A stretch of 64,000 bases of DNA from Calcarisporiella thermophila CBS 279.70 (lineage: Eukaryota; Fungi; Calcarisporiellomycota): contig NW_027192191.1 of assembly GCF_041956535.1 (NCBI RefSeq), forward strand, positions 1,065,443 through 1,129,442. Direction: 5' to 3'. The translations under genes were made by a program, and so were the position numbers. Below the pieces are notes generated by a model, which made no database searches, was not told the origin of the DNA, and was given only the letters and a program-made list of their open reading frames with translations. Positions within the stretch are counted from its first letter, which is position 1. Each line of letters starts with the position of its first letter. This document shows positions 1 to 13,250 of the stretch, piece after piece.

Positions 1-2447
1 CATGGGACCCGGCCCCCCTCCAATAGGAGGCAGGACACTGGGTAGGGCATTCCCGGACTGATTCCAGCTCCCCAGCGGGGGAAGAACGGGCGCCTGAGTT
101 TCGCTAGCGCTATGGATCGTGGTTATGGGAGGTACCGAGGAATAGGTGGTGTGCGGGTTCGCGGGGGTGTAGCTCGAATGGGCCTCGTGTGGAGGCCGGC
201 CGGTGCCATTGGCATTATAGGGGGGGAGAGAAGGGGGAGGGAGCGGGGCGTGATGATGGTGGTGGTGATGGGTGTTCGCGTGATGGTGGTGGTGTTGTGA
301 AGCTGAAGGGCCGATGTGAGAATGAGGATGAGAATGTGCATGCACATGCGCGGGAGATTGATGATGGTAGTGGTGATGATGCATAGGCGGTTGCTCATAG
401 CTATCATACGGGCCTCCCCCGGTTGCACCACGCGGATGCCCGCCGCCAATGGGTGCAGGGGCAGGAGAGGAATGCGGGGGCAAATTCTGGCTCCTCTCGG
501 TGAAGACGGCCGGGGTGCGTGTTGCTAGCGGGGGAGATCTAAAGATCGCGCTGGGGGGTGGGAGGGTTACCGAGCGAGAGGGCGAGCCTGAGGCTGCGTT
601 GCTCGCGGGCGGATTAGATTGGGCCATTCCCATGCTAGGCGGCGGGGGCGTCTGCTGCTGATACTGGGGCGGGGGGTGTCGTGCGGGGTGGGATGAGTAG
701 TACTCGCCGGGCGGACGCGAATCCATTGGAGCGGCCGGGGCTACTGAGAGGGGAGCCAGAGGCTTTATCTCGTTAAGCGGCGCGCGATGACGGTCGTCGC
801 TCGCAGCGTGGGGGGGCGGAGGTAGATTGGACTCCCGTGCTGAGGCTTGAGGGGGTATTCCGTCACGCGTCGCTAGACCTGGCTCGTTTCGATGCACAGG
901 AGGCTGTTGCGAGGAGAGCGTTAGCAAGTCGGAGACCAGACTTCGATAAAGGGGCAGGGAATAAGTTACCGTGGAGGAATCTTGCATAATTGTGGAGGAT
1001 TGCCTCTTCATCTGGTCCTGGTGGATCAGGTACGAAATATAGGCGTGCGTTGCATTTCTCTTAATCCGTGGATCAAACCGCACATTCTGATATTTGCGCT
1101 GGAACGCGCCCACCTCCTGCCGGCCACCTTTTCCCTCGTCCATAACCGCTCCCCCCACCATCCCTACACCCACGCCTGCCATGCCCCCGTAATAGCCGCT
1201 GTATCCATGCCCATTGGCGTAGCTTTGGGGATGCATGGGAGGCTGCTGTTGCTGCTGCGGATGGGGAGGCGGCTGTGGAGGAGGGATCGAGCTTGGGCCT
1301 AAGCTCGACGGGCGATGACTTGGGGGAGTCCCATGGGGGATATCCGCGGGGCCCTATTGATAAAGCGACGAGTGAGATAGGCTGCGTAGAGAGGGAGAAC
1401 ACAGGAAAAGAGGATAAGTAACCTGCAGGGGCCATCCGCGCTCATTAGCGTGTTGCTCGCCGATACTGAGCCGCTGTACGGCTGCAGCCGAAGAACGCTC
1501 CATCTCAGGGGAGGAGGAGTTGGTCTGGTAGCCATTTTGTACGGGAGGATATCTCGACGCTGCGGAAGAGGGCGGGGGCTGGAGAGGAGGAAGCGAAGGC
1601 CCGCCGATAGGCTTTGCGGCGATATAGTCTGGCGCCGAGTTGGCCTGGAGGTGGGCTGGAGCAGTAGACGGGCCGTGCAGATGATGCCCATGATGGTAAT
1701 GCGGTGATGGGTACTCACCCGGTGTGTACTGCTGGGGATATTCTTGTACATTATTTGCAGAGTAAGAATGTGCGATCTTGGGTTTTGTTGGTTGGTAGGC
1801 TTCAAGCTTGTCAGCCGATTTGCGTTTTGCTGAATTCTGTTTAGAAAAAAAGGTTAAGTTATACTAGATTGTTGAATTGCTAAGCAATAAAGCATTCGGG
1901 CGCTACCGTGATGAAGGAGGGTCGACGCGAGCGCAGATCGTCAGGCGTCTGCTCCCTTGACGACGGGCCGCTTTTTTCTTCGGCCATTAACGACGAGATC
2001 GACATAAATCCGCTTGATTTAGGAGGCTGAAAATCGAACATCTTCCCAATTAATAATGGCTCAGGGTGAGCAGCAATGAATCATGATTACCATATTTTCC
2101 TCTGGCCCTGCTGCGGGCGGGGGCAGATGCGGGCGAGAGAGCGAGGAGATGGCCGCTGCCGCCTCCACAACCGACAACTGCTGGTTCCACTGGTCTGATC
2201 CGCTGGCGGTGGGGGGGGGATTGGCGGGGGAATTCGAGTCTTGAGAAGAGCTCAACCCTTGGTTGGCAAGAAAACCCGCGGCGGCCGCTAATGCCGTCAG
2301 GCCCTGGGGCTCATCAGAGCGGGAGGTGTAGGCGGAGGGATGAGAGCGGTTGGGCTCGGATAAGGGCGGGGGAGGGGTCGGGGTGTGGGGGGGTTGCAGT
2401 TGCTGTGGGGGGGGTGCGTTGCTATCTGTTCTTCGTCGGCGAGGCAT
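1..2447 (-). CDS. Multi-exon low-complexity Pro/His/Ser-rich protein, 3' end runs off the window; possible transcriptional regulator
   Basis: ATG at 2447 (MPRRRRTDS). GT-AG splicing (exons approx. 2447-2091, 2028-1907, 1838-1423, 1354-970, 903-<1) gives a continuous frame with poly-His tracts and an ordered island RFDPRIKRNATHAYISYLIHQDQ. Confidence 0.7.
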
Positions 2448-2877
2448 TTCACGGCGAGGAGGGAGGGGGGCACTGATTGCTGGTGAATTTTGGGAAGGTC
2501 GATCGTGGGTTGGTTTTTAGAGAGGAGCAGAAAATGGTGTCAGGGAAGGAGATAAGAGGGGAGAAGGTGACGAAAAAAAAAAATGGAAGTGGGAGGTGCA
2601 GGGAGGTGCAAACAAAAAAGCCAGAAACTGCAAACACTATATACTGTGTAACCTAATTTTTTATTTTAACTAAGAAAAGAACCTCATTATGAAAAAGAAG
2701 CTCATGCTTCCTATTTTAAAATAATATTCTGTGTACGCCCGTTCGGATTCAGACGTTCTGAAGGGTCATTTATTTTCGTTGTTTATTTGTGACTGCGGTC
2801 GGAATAGCTTTTGGGTTCGGCATCATCGCCCCTCCTTTGCGCTTCCTACTCAATCGCATTCACTCCCCCCCCCCCCA

Positions 2878-3462
2878 ATGGCACAACCCCACCCAAACAA
2901 AGTGGCATTCACAGAGGGCGTCAAGCTACTGTTCCGGACATGGACTGCCCTCCGATTAGCCGTGGAGAACGAGTGGGGCGGGTACGACTCCGCAGAGAAG
3001 AGAGATTGGATGGTGGACGTGGTCGTGGACTACTTCGAGAAGAGTAAGCATAATCGATGCGGAAATTGCAAGCGAACCCATTGATGTAATCCCATGTCTT
3101 CTTCCTATTGTTAGAGGGAAAGAAGGTGGAGCCCGATGAACTGGAGGAGATTCTTTTGCAGATCATGAACGACGAATTCACCGTGGCATTGGAGGACGAT
3201 TCTGCCTATCAGGTAGTTGGGATGTGCTGTTGAATTTTACTTCCTCTCTAATCTGCTCTCCCAACCCTAGATTGGAAAAGATCTCGTAAAGCTCTACAAT
3301 GAATGCATCACTGGCAATCACTCGAGAGTACAACGGCTTAGGGAGCAGACACAAAAAACACCTCTCCCCGCAGCAGCCCCGCAGCAGCAAGCAGACGACT
3401 CAAGCGAGGACGAGGGTGGAAATGAAGATGAAGACGAAGAATCCATGGATACAACGGGCTAA
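2878..3462 (+). CDS. TSR2: Pre-rRNA processing protein TSR2 (WGG domain)
   Basis: Exons 2878-3043, 3115-3212, 3271-3462. Motifs WTALRLAVENEWGG, EKRDWM, MNDEFTVALEDDSAYQI; acidic tail. Confidence 0.93.
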
Positions 3463-3553
3463 ACTGGAGTTTGTCCTTTTTTTTTATATAACTTAATTCC
3501 TGTTGTTCTTCTTGCTCATTCCATTTACATCATTCTTAATAAAACAACGGCAC

Positions 3554-5203
3554 TCAAACCTCGTTCCTCTCTCCGCCATCTCTTTTCTTTAAATACAGCA
3601 ATACGTCCATCTTCGTCACCACATACTTGGCCCGTCGATCCCCCTTCTTCGCAACCACCACGGCCGCAGGGTGCTTCTCGAAAAACGGTACCAGTTCGCT
3701 CAGCGGGGTATCCTCGGTAACATCCATGGCGTGTTGCGATCGATCAATCCGATACTTCACCTTGCCAACTTCTTCCCCGGAGGTCACGTAGTGATTCGAG
3801 ATACGCTCGATCACATTCCCTAGACTCACAAAGCCAACCAATTCCTCCGACGGGCCCGCAACGAGTATTGATCGATCGAGCCCCTTTTGTCGCATCAAAT
3901 CAATGGCGTCTCTGCAAGGCACCCCTTCGTCAATAGAGGGGAGGTCGGGCAACTTCAGATCCTTTACCACCGCTCCCCCATACTGCTTCACCCGCCTGGT
4001 CTCCTCTCTCTCAACATTCTTATCGGTATAACGGTTGCATTTCATCCATTCGTCGTCCATGAACTTGCTAAAATAATTGCGCACCCCATCCGCCAATAAT
4101 GTCACGCACTTCTGCCCCGGGCCAAGCTCTCTAGCAGCTTCAATGGCGGCGACCATGACTGAGCCGGAAGAACCCCCGCACAACAAGCCTTCCTCTCTAA
4201 TGAGACGGCGTGTCATCTGGAAAGCCGCCTCGTCATCCGTCTTGATCCATTTGTCGACGAGCGACCGATCAAGCGCACGCGGAATGAAATCGCGGCCGAT
4301 GCCTTCGACCGTATAGCTCTTCACGCTATCGTTGAGCGAGTCGGGCTGAGCGAGGATGGAGCCGTGAGGGTCTACTCCCACAATCTTGACATTGGGGCAT
4401 TTCTCCTTCAGCTTGCGCGCCACTCCCGTCAGGGTGCCTCCCGTGCCAGCCCCCGCCACAAACATATCCACCTTCCCACCGCAAGCGCGCAGGATCTCCT
4501 CGGCCGTGGTGTCGTAGTGAGCGATGGGATTGTATGGGTTGCTGTACTGGTCGAAAACCACCGAGTCTTTGATTTCCTCGTTTAAGCGTTTGGCAACACT
4601 AATATAGGATTCGGGAGCGTCCCGTGCGGCCTCCGTAGGCGTGCGGACAATCTCGGCCCCCAGCGCCTTTAGAACGACAATCTTGTCCCACGATATATTC
4701 TCGGTCAATGTGAAAATGGTGCGGTATCCCTTGACGGCGGCAGCCATTGCCAGCCCTATGCCAGTGTTTCCAGAGGTAGGCTCAATAATGGTGCCACCGG
4801 GTTTGAGAAGACCAGACCTTTCTGCCTCCTCTATCATGCGCTTGGCGATACGATCCTTGACAGAACCGCCGGCATTGAGGAATTCGCACTTGGCCACTAG
4901 TATTGGGTGAGGGTGAGGCTGTCAGTAAGTACTCCAAGAAAAGCCAATGCTCATAAGCATACGAAGGTCGCATTCCAGTCCCTCCGACTTGGCAATCTTG
5001 TCCACGCGAACCATGGGCGTGTTCCCAACATGCTCAAGAATGCTGTTGAGGATAAGCGGTCGCTGGGTTTCTTCCCTATTTAGAGAATGAGACAATGGAA
5101 CAAGCATTCGCGTTTGGGAATTTAGAAATTACATTTCCATGTGATGGTAGCTGTGCCTTGCAGGATCCCAAGAGGGGTCATCGGCGGTAATTGGGATCTT
5201 CAT
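3554..5203 (-). CDS. Cystathionine beta-synthase paralog 2 (diverged)
   Basis: Exons 5203-5133, 5075-4963, 4896-3554. PLP lysine motif [23 protein letters not shown]; degenerate C-terminal CBS pair; same intron positions as the upstream copy. Confidence 0.92.
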
Positions 5204-5953
5204 GCCAATAGGAATAATTGGTTGACGACGGGAGCTCTCACGGGGAGAAACGAAGGTGTTTAGGGATATCGCTAGTTTATATAGGATGCATTTGACAACT
5301 TTTTAATTCTTTCCTCTTTTGAAGAGGGGCGGAGGGAGGGAATTCTTTCGCATCGTTTCGGCTGTACTTTCAGGCCCCCCTCCCCCATAGAGCCCAATCA
5401 TGGCCCTCCGACCGAGCCCAGGGCTCACGGGAGAGAGGTTGGAACGTTCTTTGTTTTGCACGTTCGACTTCTAAGCGGCACGTCATGTGGCTCTTATCAT
5501 GCTAGGGGAGATAGTTCGCCTCGTGAGGATAAGATTGTACCAGCGAATGCATATTACGTGGGTATTTTCACTCTGAGAGAGTTTGCAAAGTTGAGCCTGC
5601 AAACTGCCAAGCGAGTTATTCATTTAGGAAGATCCGAAGCAAAGCCTGCAGGGAGCTCATGGAAAGGAGCTCGGAAGGAAGACTTTTCCGGGGTGGGGTT
5701 CAACTGACACCATCCTCATCCCTCTCGTCATGGAGGAAACAAGCCTAAAGAGGCTAGAGGAGCCTTGCCCGCTCCTCGGGCTAGAATTTCATCGTGTCAC
5801 AGCGAGATAATCATGCGACGCTTGAATTTTAGGTGCAGGACAGGGGGATAGAAGAGGAAATGAGTTGAGAGTTTATTATATATTTAATACGTAGTCTATA
5901 GGATAGGGTGGCATGTATGATAAATAACAACACAAGCTACTTTCTTTTTTTTT

Positions 5954-7638
5954 TTACATCCGCTTGACCAGGTATTGCAGGATATCCACCTTGGTCACCA
6001 CGTGCTTCACCCGCCATTCACTCTTGCCCTCGGTCACCACGGCCGCTGAGTTCTTCTCGAAGAACTGGGCCAGCTCGCTGAGGGGAGTTTCTTCGGTGAT
6101 TTCAACAAAGCCGTTGGAACGCTCGAACTTGAACATCACCTTGGCAACCTCGTCCTCAGGCACGGCGCGACCGCTTGAGATGCGCGACAACAAGTTGCCG
6201 AGCGTCACCAGGCCGACCAGATTCTGCGATGGGCCCGAAACCACTGGCAGTTGGTCGAATCCGTTCTTCTGAAGAACATCGATGGCATTTCGGCATGACA
6301 CGCTCTTGTCCACAGTGACGGCAACAGGCAATCCAAGATCTTTGACCTTGGCGCCTCCATACTGCTCCACCCGCTTCGTTTCCTCCCGCTCGAACTCCTC
6401 GTCGGTAAACTTGTTGTGCTTCATCCAGCCATCGTTCAAGAATTTAGTCATGTAGTTGCGCACTCCGTCGGCCAACAACACCACGCATTTTTGTCCGGGC
6501 CCAAGTTCCTTGGCAACTTCAATGGCGGCGGCCATGGCGGAGCCGGAAGATCCACCACACAACAAGCCTTCCTCTTTAATGAGGCGGCGTGACATGCGGA
6601 ATGAGGTCTTGTCATCACTCTTGATCCATTTGTCAACGAGCGACCGATCAAGCGCACGTGGAATGAAGTCGTAGCCGATGCCTTCGACCGCATAGCTCTT
6701 CACGCTATCGTTGAGCGAGTCGGGCTGAGCGAGGATGGAGCCGTGAGGATCCACTCCCACAATCTTGACATTGGGGCATTTCTCCTTCAGCTTGCGCGCC
6801 ACTCCCGTCAGGGTGCCTCCCGTGCCAGCCCCCGCCACAAACATATCCACCTTCCCACCGCAAGCGCGCAGGATCTCCTCGGCCGTGGTGTCGTAGTGAG
6901 CGATGGGGTTGTATGGGTTGTTATACTGGTCCAAAATCACAGAGTCTTTGATCTCCTCATTCAGTTTTTTGGCAACACCGATATGAGATTCGGGAGCGTC
7001 CCAGGCGGCCTCCGTAGGCGTGCGGATAATCTCGGCCCCCAGCGCCTTCAAAACATCGACCTTCTCCTGAGACATCTTCTCAGGCAATGTGATAATGGTG
7101 CGGTATCCCTTGACAGCGGCAGCAAGCGCCAATCCAATGCCGGTATTTCCCGAAGTGGGTTCAATGATAGTGCTTCCGGGCTTAAGAATGCCTTGCTTCT
7201 CAGCCTCCTCGATCATGCGCTTACCGATACGATCCTTGACGGAGCCACCTGCATTGAAGAATTCGCACTTGGCAACTATAGGCAATACAAAAGGCAGTTA
7301 GCGCTGTGAGATCCCCGGCCGATCGAGGCATTGTTTACAAACTTACGCAGATCACATTTGAGTCCCTCCGACTTGGCGATTTTGTCCACACGAACAAGAG
7401 GGGTATTTCCAACATGATCAAGAATGGTATTCAGTATAAGCGGCTCTGGTACACTGAATGAAGACAGAAAAGGGGGAGATCCATGAACACTCAAAACATA
7501 CACACAATGCAACATGGCAACAGGAAGGTCAGATCAGAGGACATACCTGTTAACATGATTATAATCATCGCTCACGGTTGGATCCCAGCAAGGGTTATCG
7601 AGGTAAGCAGGATTTGTCTTGTCAATGGAGTTGGTCAT
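5954..7638 (-). CDS. CYS4: Cystathionine beta-synthase (canonical copy)
   Basis: Exons 7638-7547, 7453-7347, 7275-5954. [42 protein letters not shown] and [11 protein letters not shown] domains. Confidence 0.96.
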
Positions 7639-7762
7639 TTTTTGGCTTGGTCTGAAGTTGGATGGGAAACAATAAATCAAGACCCCTTTCTCTTTATTTT
7701 ACTTTGTAATGGTCGGATATAAACGAACGGTCCTCCAATCGTGAGAAATTGGGCGGCCATGA

Positions 7763-7779
7763 ACGTCACATTGTGACGT
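7763..7779. promoter_or_regulatory. Perfect palindrome ACGTCACA-T-TGTGACGT upstream of CBS copy 1 (paired TGACGT bZIP/CRE-like half-sites)
   Basis: 8-bp inverted repeat with 1-nt spacer about 125 bp upstream of the CBS ATG, just beyond a TATA-like element. Confidence 0.45.
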
Positions 7780-7899
7780 GAAAGGTCTTAAAATTATACC
7801 CAGGGGGACCTGGTTCAAAGCAAAATGCACAGTATATTACTTATAGTATTTATTGATTTATGATTACAACAATGAAAGTGGTGGCTGTCCGCTAAAGGA

Positions 7900-8854
<955 letters not shown>

Positions 8855-9273
8855 ATTGGTCACTTTGGGTTGGCAAAGAAAACGAAAAGAAAAAGTAAAC
8901 TTTTGAGAACAATGGAGTTTGAAATGAGATGGGTCGTGGAAGAAGTGCCGTTATGCGTTTTCTTTGCGAGAAAGAAAAAAAGGGGGTGTCGAAACGCGAA
9001 AAAAAAAAAATCATATTAAATTTAACGTCACCCATCCGTGACGAAGTAGTTCAGGAGTTCCAAAACGCGTCTTTTATTTAGTGAGCCTTCATTGTATTTC
9101 GCGTCTGTTCTCTCTACCGAGGGTTGCATATGGATGGTTACCATTCATAGTTTTAAATCCATTGTTCAGTCGCCTGCTCCCTACTCTCTCTCCCTTGCCC
9201 CTATTTTTTTTTCTCGGTCCACGTTATATTTCGATAATTCCCCTTTTCTCCCCATCATTATATCTCTTATCCA

Positions 9274-11063
9274 ATGTCTTATCCATCGCGACCTCCTCCC
9301 GCTTCCTCTTCCTCTTCCCAAAACTTCCGCCCCAATACTTCTGGCCACGGCTTCTTTAGCTCCATTCAACAATACCTCACCCAAGCACACAAATACGCGT
9401 CTGCAGAATACGACAAATTATGCCAGAACCTTGGCTCATTGTTTGGAAAGGCGGCTAAAAAGGGGCGAAGAAGAAGAGGCCAAGGGAGAGAGCGGGTAGA
9501 AAAACGAAGTATTGGTCGATCACCGAGAATGTACTACTCTGTGAAAGAAGCTAAAACAATAGGGGGCGACCCTAGCACTAGCCAGGCTGAGACGATTTCA
9601 CGAGTTGGCAGGCACCAACGAGGTATATACTCACTGGTGAAAAGTAGATTGGAGTAGAATGTGCTGAGATTCTTCCTATGTTTCAGTAGAGGATGAGCAA
9701 TGGGAGGACTACGAAGACACCATTGATAGCTCTTATACCCAATCACACTATCTTAATTCAACTTTTATCAGCGATACTTCGCGGGAAGATCACGACAAAC
9801 AGATTAAAGCACTCTTGTCTCGCATGATCTCCACTGAACGAGAACTCGAGCGCCGTAAGACTTTTGCGCGTAGCTATGGTGCATTTACAAGTCGCCTGTT
9901 TGACACGGTCGCTAGTCCTCCTTCCAAAAAACGTGCGGACGAAGAAGAGGACCGAAGAAGAATCCGGGAGTTAGAGCAGGAGCTCACAAGCATCAAGCAG
10001 CGCCTAGAAAATCAGGTTGCGATATCGCGGAGAGAAGCCGTTGAAGCGGGGGAAGAGTCGAGGGGCACTGCCCGACCGGCGGAACAGAGATCTCTTCCGT
10101 CTCGTCCAATGCCTCCACCATCCTCGCCTCCCAGAAGGATGCTGCACCGCCATGTTGCTTCCTCGTCGAAAATTCATGTAACCTCATTTTGCTTTTCCTC
10201 GAATGGAGACGTGTTGACTTACAATGACCTCTTTCTACCATTCATAGACGCCAGGAGGTAGACAAGGCCCCAAAAGACCCAACGGCTTCTTTCACAGAGT
10301 GATCAAAGATATCGGACATAAAAAGCCAAAAACGTCCACCCTCTACTCGTGAGCACTGCTCTTTGATCTACTTCCATTCCGTTTATTGATACTATCCTCT
10401 GCCATTCCGTAGGACTCCAAACATATCCATTCTTCACAAATCAAATGCTGTTCCCGCACTCGAGTCGCACGAGACGCCAGCCCGGCCCGCACCCACCTCT
10501 GCATACCAAGTCGCCCGCCACACCGATATTCCCGCCTCAAAAATGGGCAGTGGCAGGCTTCCCAGCAGCACTCTTGCCCGTGTTGAGCCGCCGCGTACAG
10601 TGATGGTTTCGAGGCGATTTGAAACCTATCCCGGTGCCACGGCTGGGACTCGGAGGCCTCTGTACAATATTGAGAGAAGAGGGCTAGAGCCTGGCGAAAA
10701 AACGGTGCGCAGAAGCAGGGTGTTGGAGCTGGCTGCCGCTTTGGATGAAGCTCACCGAATCAAGACGGCTGAGGTAGGCTTCGGTTCTATGATTCGATGC
10801 ATTCAAGTATTTACCATGCATGTGTTTTTCCTTGACAGATCCGACCGCTTAACCGGAAAACCCCCTCCGCCGCCCGTGGCATCGCTCGCTTCCATTCAGC
10901 ACACAACCTTGGCGAATATTCGCACGATGAGCCGCGGGGCACCCGCAACTCTTCAGCAAGAAAGCCACTGCAGTCTGATACAGAGAGGCAGGTGAGCACC
11001 CCGCGGATAAGATCAGGCTCTAGCGCTGGAGAAAGGCATATGACTGAACAAAGTAAAATCTAA
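9274..11063 (+). CDS. Hypothetical protein with a coiled coil and Pro/Arg-rich regions
   Basis: Exons approx. 9274-9622, 9687-10177, 10248-10348, 10413-10773, 10839-11063 join in frame; coiled coil RIRELEQELTSIKQRLENQ; ends QSKI*. Confidence 0.65.
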
Positions 11064-11278
11064 ATGTACATTTTTTTTTTCTTCCTTTTACGATTTCATT
11101 TGCTTGGTTGTTTTTTTTTTTTCATTGCTCTAAAGTCCTGTTCACATTTATATTTTTTTTTCTTTGTACTTGTTTTATAATTTATTAATGTTTTAATTTT
11201 ATTTCTATTCTTTGTGCATTACCCTTCAGCCTCCATTTTGTCGCACTTTCTCGTGCAAAGACGCCCTCAAAAACAATT

Positions 11279-13250
11279 TCAGCAGGTCATGCGGACTAAG
11301 CGGTATTCCGCCTTACCCGTCCGCAACACGCATACCATCCCGTCCACCAAATCCTCGCTCGACAGGCGGTGCATAGGATCCTCGACGCGGCGGTTGTTAA
11401 GATAAAACCCATTGGCCCGCACCAGCTTCTGTGCTTCGGCTACCACGGAAGGAAACGAAATTAAGCCCATGAAAGACCAGTTTTTCACTGCAACCGCAAA
11501 CGCAATCACACATAAAACATAACCAAATCCCCCTTGTCTTACTTACATCGTGACCGGCATGCGCCTGCCAACACGGCCACTCGCCCCACCTCCTGCCCGA
11601 TCACCTGATCGGCGGGGAGTGAGATCATTCGTTGGTCGTGCTCGAAGGCGGCCACCAAGTCCGTCCCCCGCACCTTCTCGAGAGATGAGCCGAAGAGGAC
11701 CTCGGTTGCTAGACGCGCCTTTGCAACGCCCTCCTCTACGGACAAGCAATTGGCAAGGAGTTAGCGAAGCGAACCACGTAGACAAAGAATACAAAGCGGG
11801 GGCCTTACTGCCGTGCACGAGTTCGCACGCCTCGTCGGCGAGAAGACGCTGCGCAATCCTGTGCTCCGGGCTCGCCTATTCAAGTCAAACGGGAGGTCAC
11901 TTCTACACGTAAACATCACCCGGGCAAGATGGAGGCTCATACCCTATGCTCTTGCATCACCTCCGCCACCGTCTCCATCGGCAAAAACGTGAAATATCGG
12001 ATGTATTTTTCCACATCCGCGTCCGCCGCCCGCATAAAGAATTGGTAAAAGTCGTAGTACGACGTCATTTTTTCATCCACCCAAATGGCATTGCCGGCGC
12101 TCTTGCCGAATTTCTCTCCGGTGGAAGTGGTGAGGAGCGGGATGGTGAAGCCAAAGGCGGCAGCCTCCGATTCTTCGTCCGGCGCCTCGGGAGATAAGGA
12201 AAGGGCGTCGGCTGGCTTCTTTTTACTGATAAGATCGATGCCTGCGGTGATATTACCCCACTGGTCGCTCCCACCCAGCTAATGGGGGAGTACAGGAGAG
12301 CGAGGTGAAAAAAAAAATGAAGAACCGCCTTGTTAACGAAGGGAAATCCAGGTCAAGTTTCGAGTCTTTTCAGCGATCCTCACCTGGACTTGACACCCCT
12401 TTTCGTGATACAGATGCCAAAAATCATATGCCTGTAGTAGCTGGTATGAAAACTCGGTGAAGCTGATGCCCTGCGTCGACTCCATCCGCGATTTGACGCT
12501 ATAGAGTTCAAAGGGGGGACACGGGTTTACTTCTCTCTGCTAGTCAACTCGATCTCATCCAACTCACAAACCTCTCCTTGGCTAGCATGTTTCCCACTCT
12601 CATAAACCGCCCGATATCCCCCAGAAAATCGAGCACGCCCATGCTACGATACCACTCTGCATTGTTCAGGATCCAGGGCTGCCGAATGACTCCAGGGTTC
12701 CCGCCGCGTGCGCGAAAGTACTCTTCTCCATTCTTAAAGAAACGGTGAAGTTGGGCCTCGATCCGGGCGATGTTATGCTGAAGCGTCTCGGGGGAGAGTG
12801 GCACACGCTCGGTACGGCGGCCTGACGGATCGCCGATGGTGCCCGTGGCGCCGCCGAGCTGCCGATTGTGGAGAGAGTGAGTGTGAGAGAACACGAGACC
12901 AACACCTCCATTCCATGGGAGTCCATGTCGCCCCCTTTTGATTCGTGAATAAACGGACTTACCAGCGCTATAACTTGATGTCCTCGTACATGGAAGTGCA
13001 AGAGTCCTAACAGTGTGACGAGATTTCCAATGTGTAATGACGGCGCTGTCGGGTCCACGCCACAATATACCGTTGTAGGAGATTGGGTGCGCTCGGTGAG
13101 GTGAGGACTCGTAATGGCCTGGATGAGTCCCCGCTCGGTCATAGCAGTTATGACATTCTGGGTGGGTATAGTGGATATGGCACGCGTACCATGGCCAGAG
13201 ATGAATGGCGCCACTCGTCTAAGAAGAGGGAGCATTCTTTGCTGCATCAT
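11279..13250 (-). CDS. MSY1: Mitochondrial tyrosyl-tRNA synthetase
   Basis: [66 protein letters not shown]-terminal S4-like domain; Arg-rich presequence. Confidence 0.95.

Noticed and set aside
2865-2876. C12 run before the TSR2 ATG and other G/C homopolymers
   Set aside because: Homopolymers are frequent throughout the window; no specific function supported.
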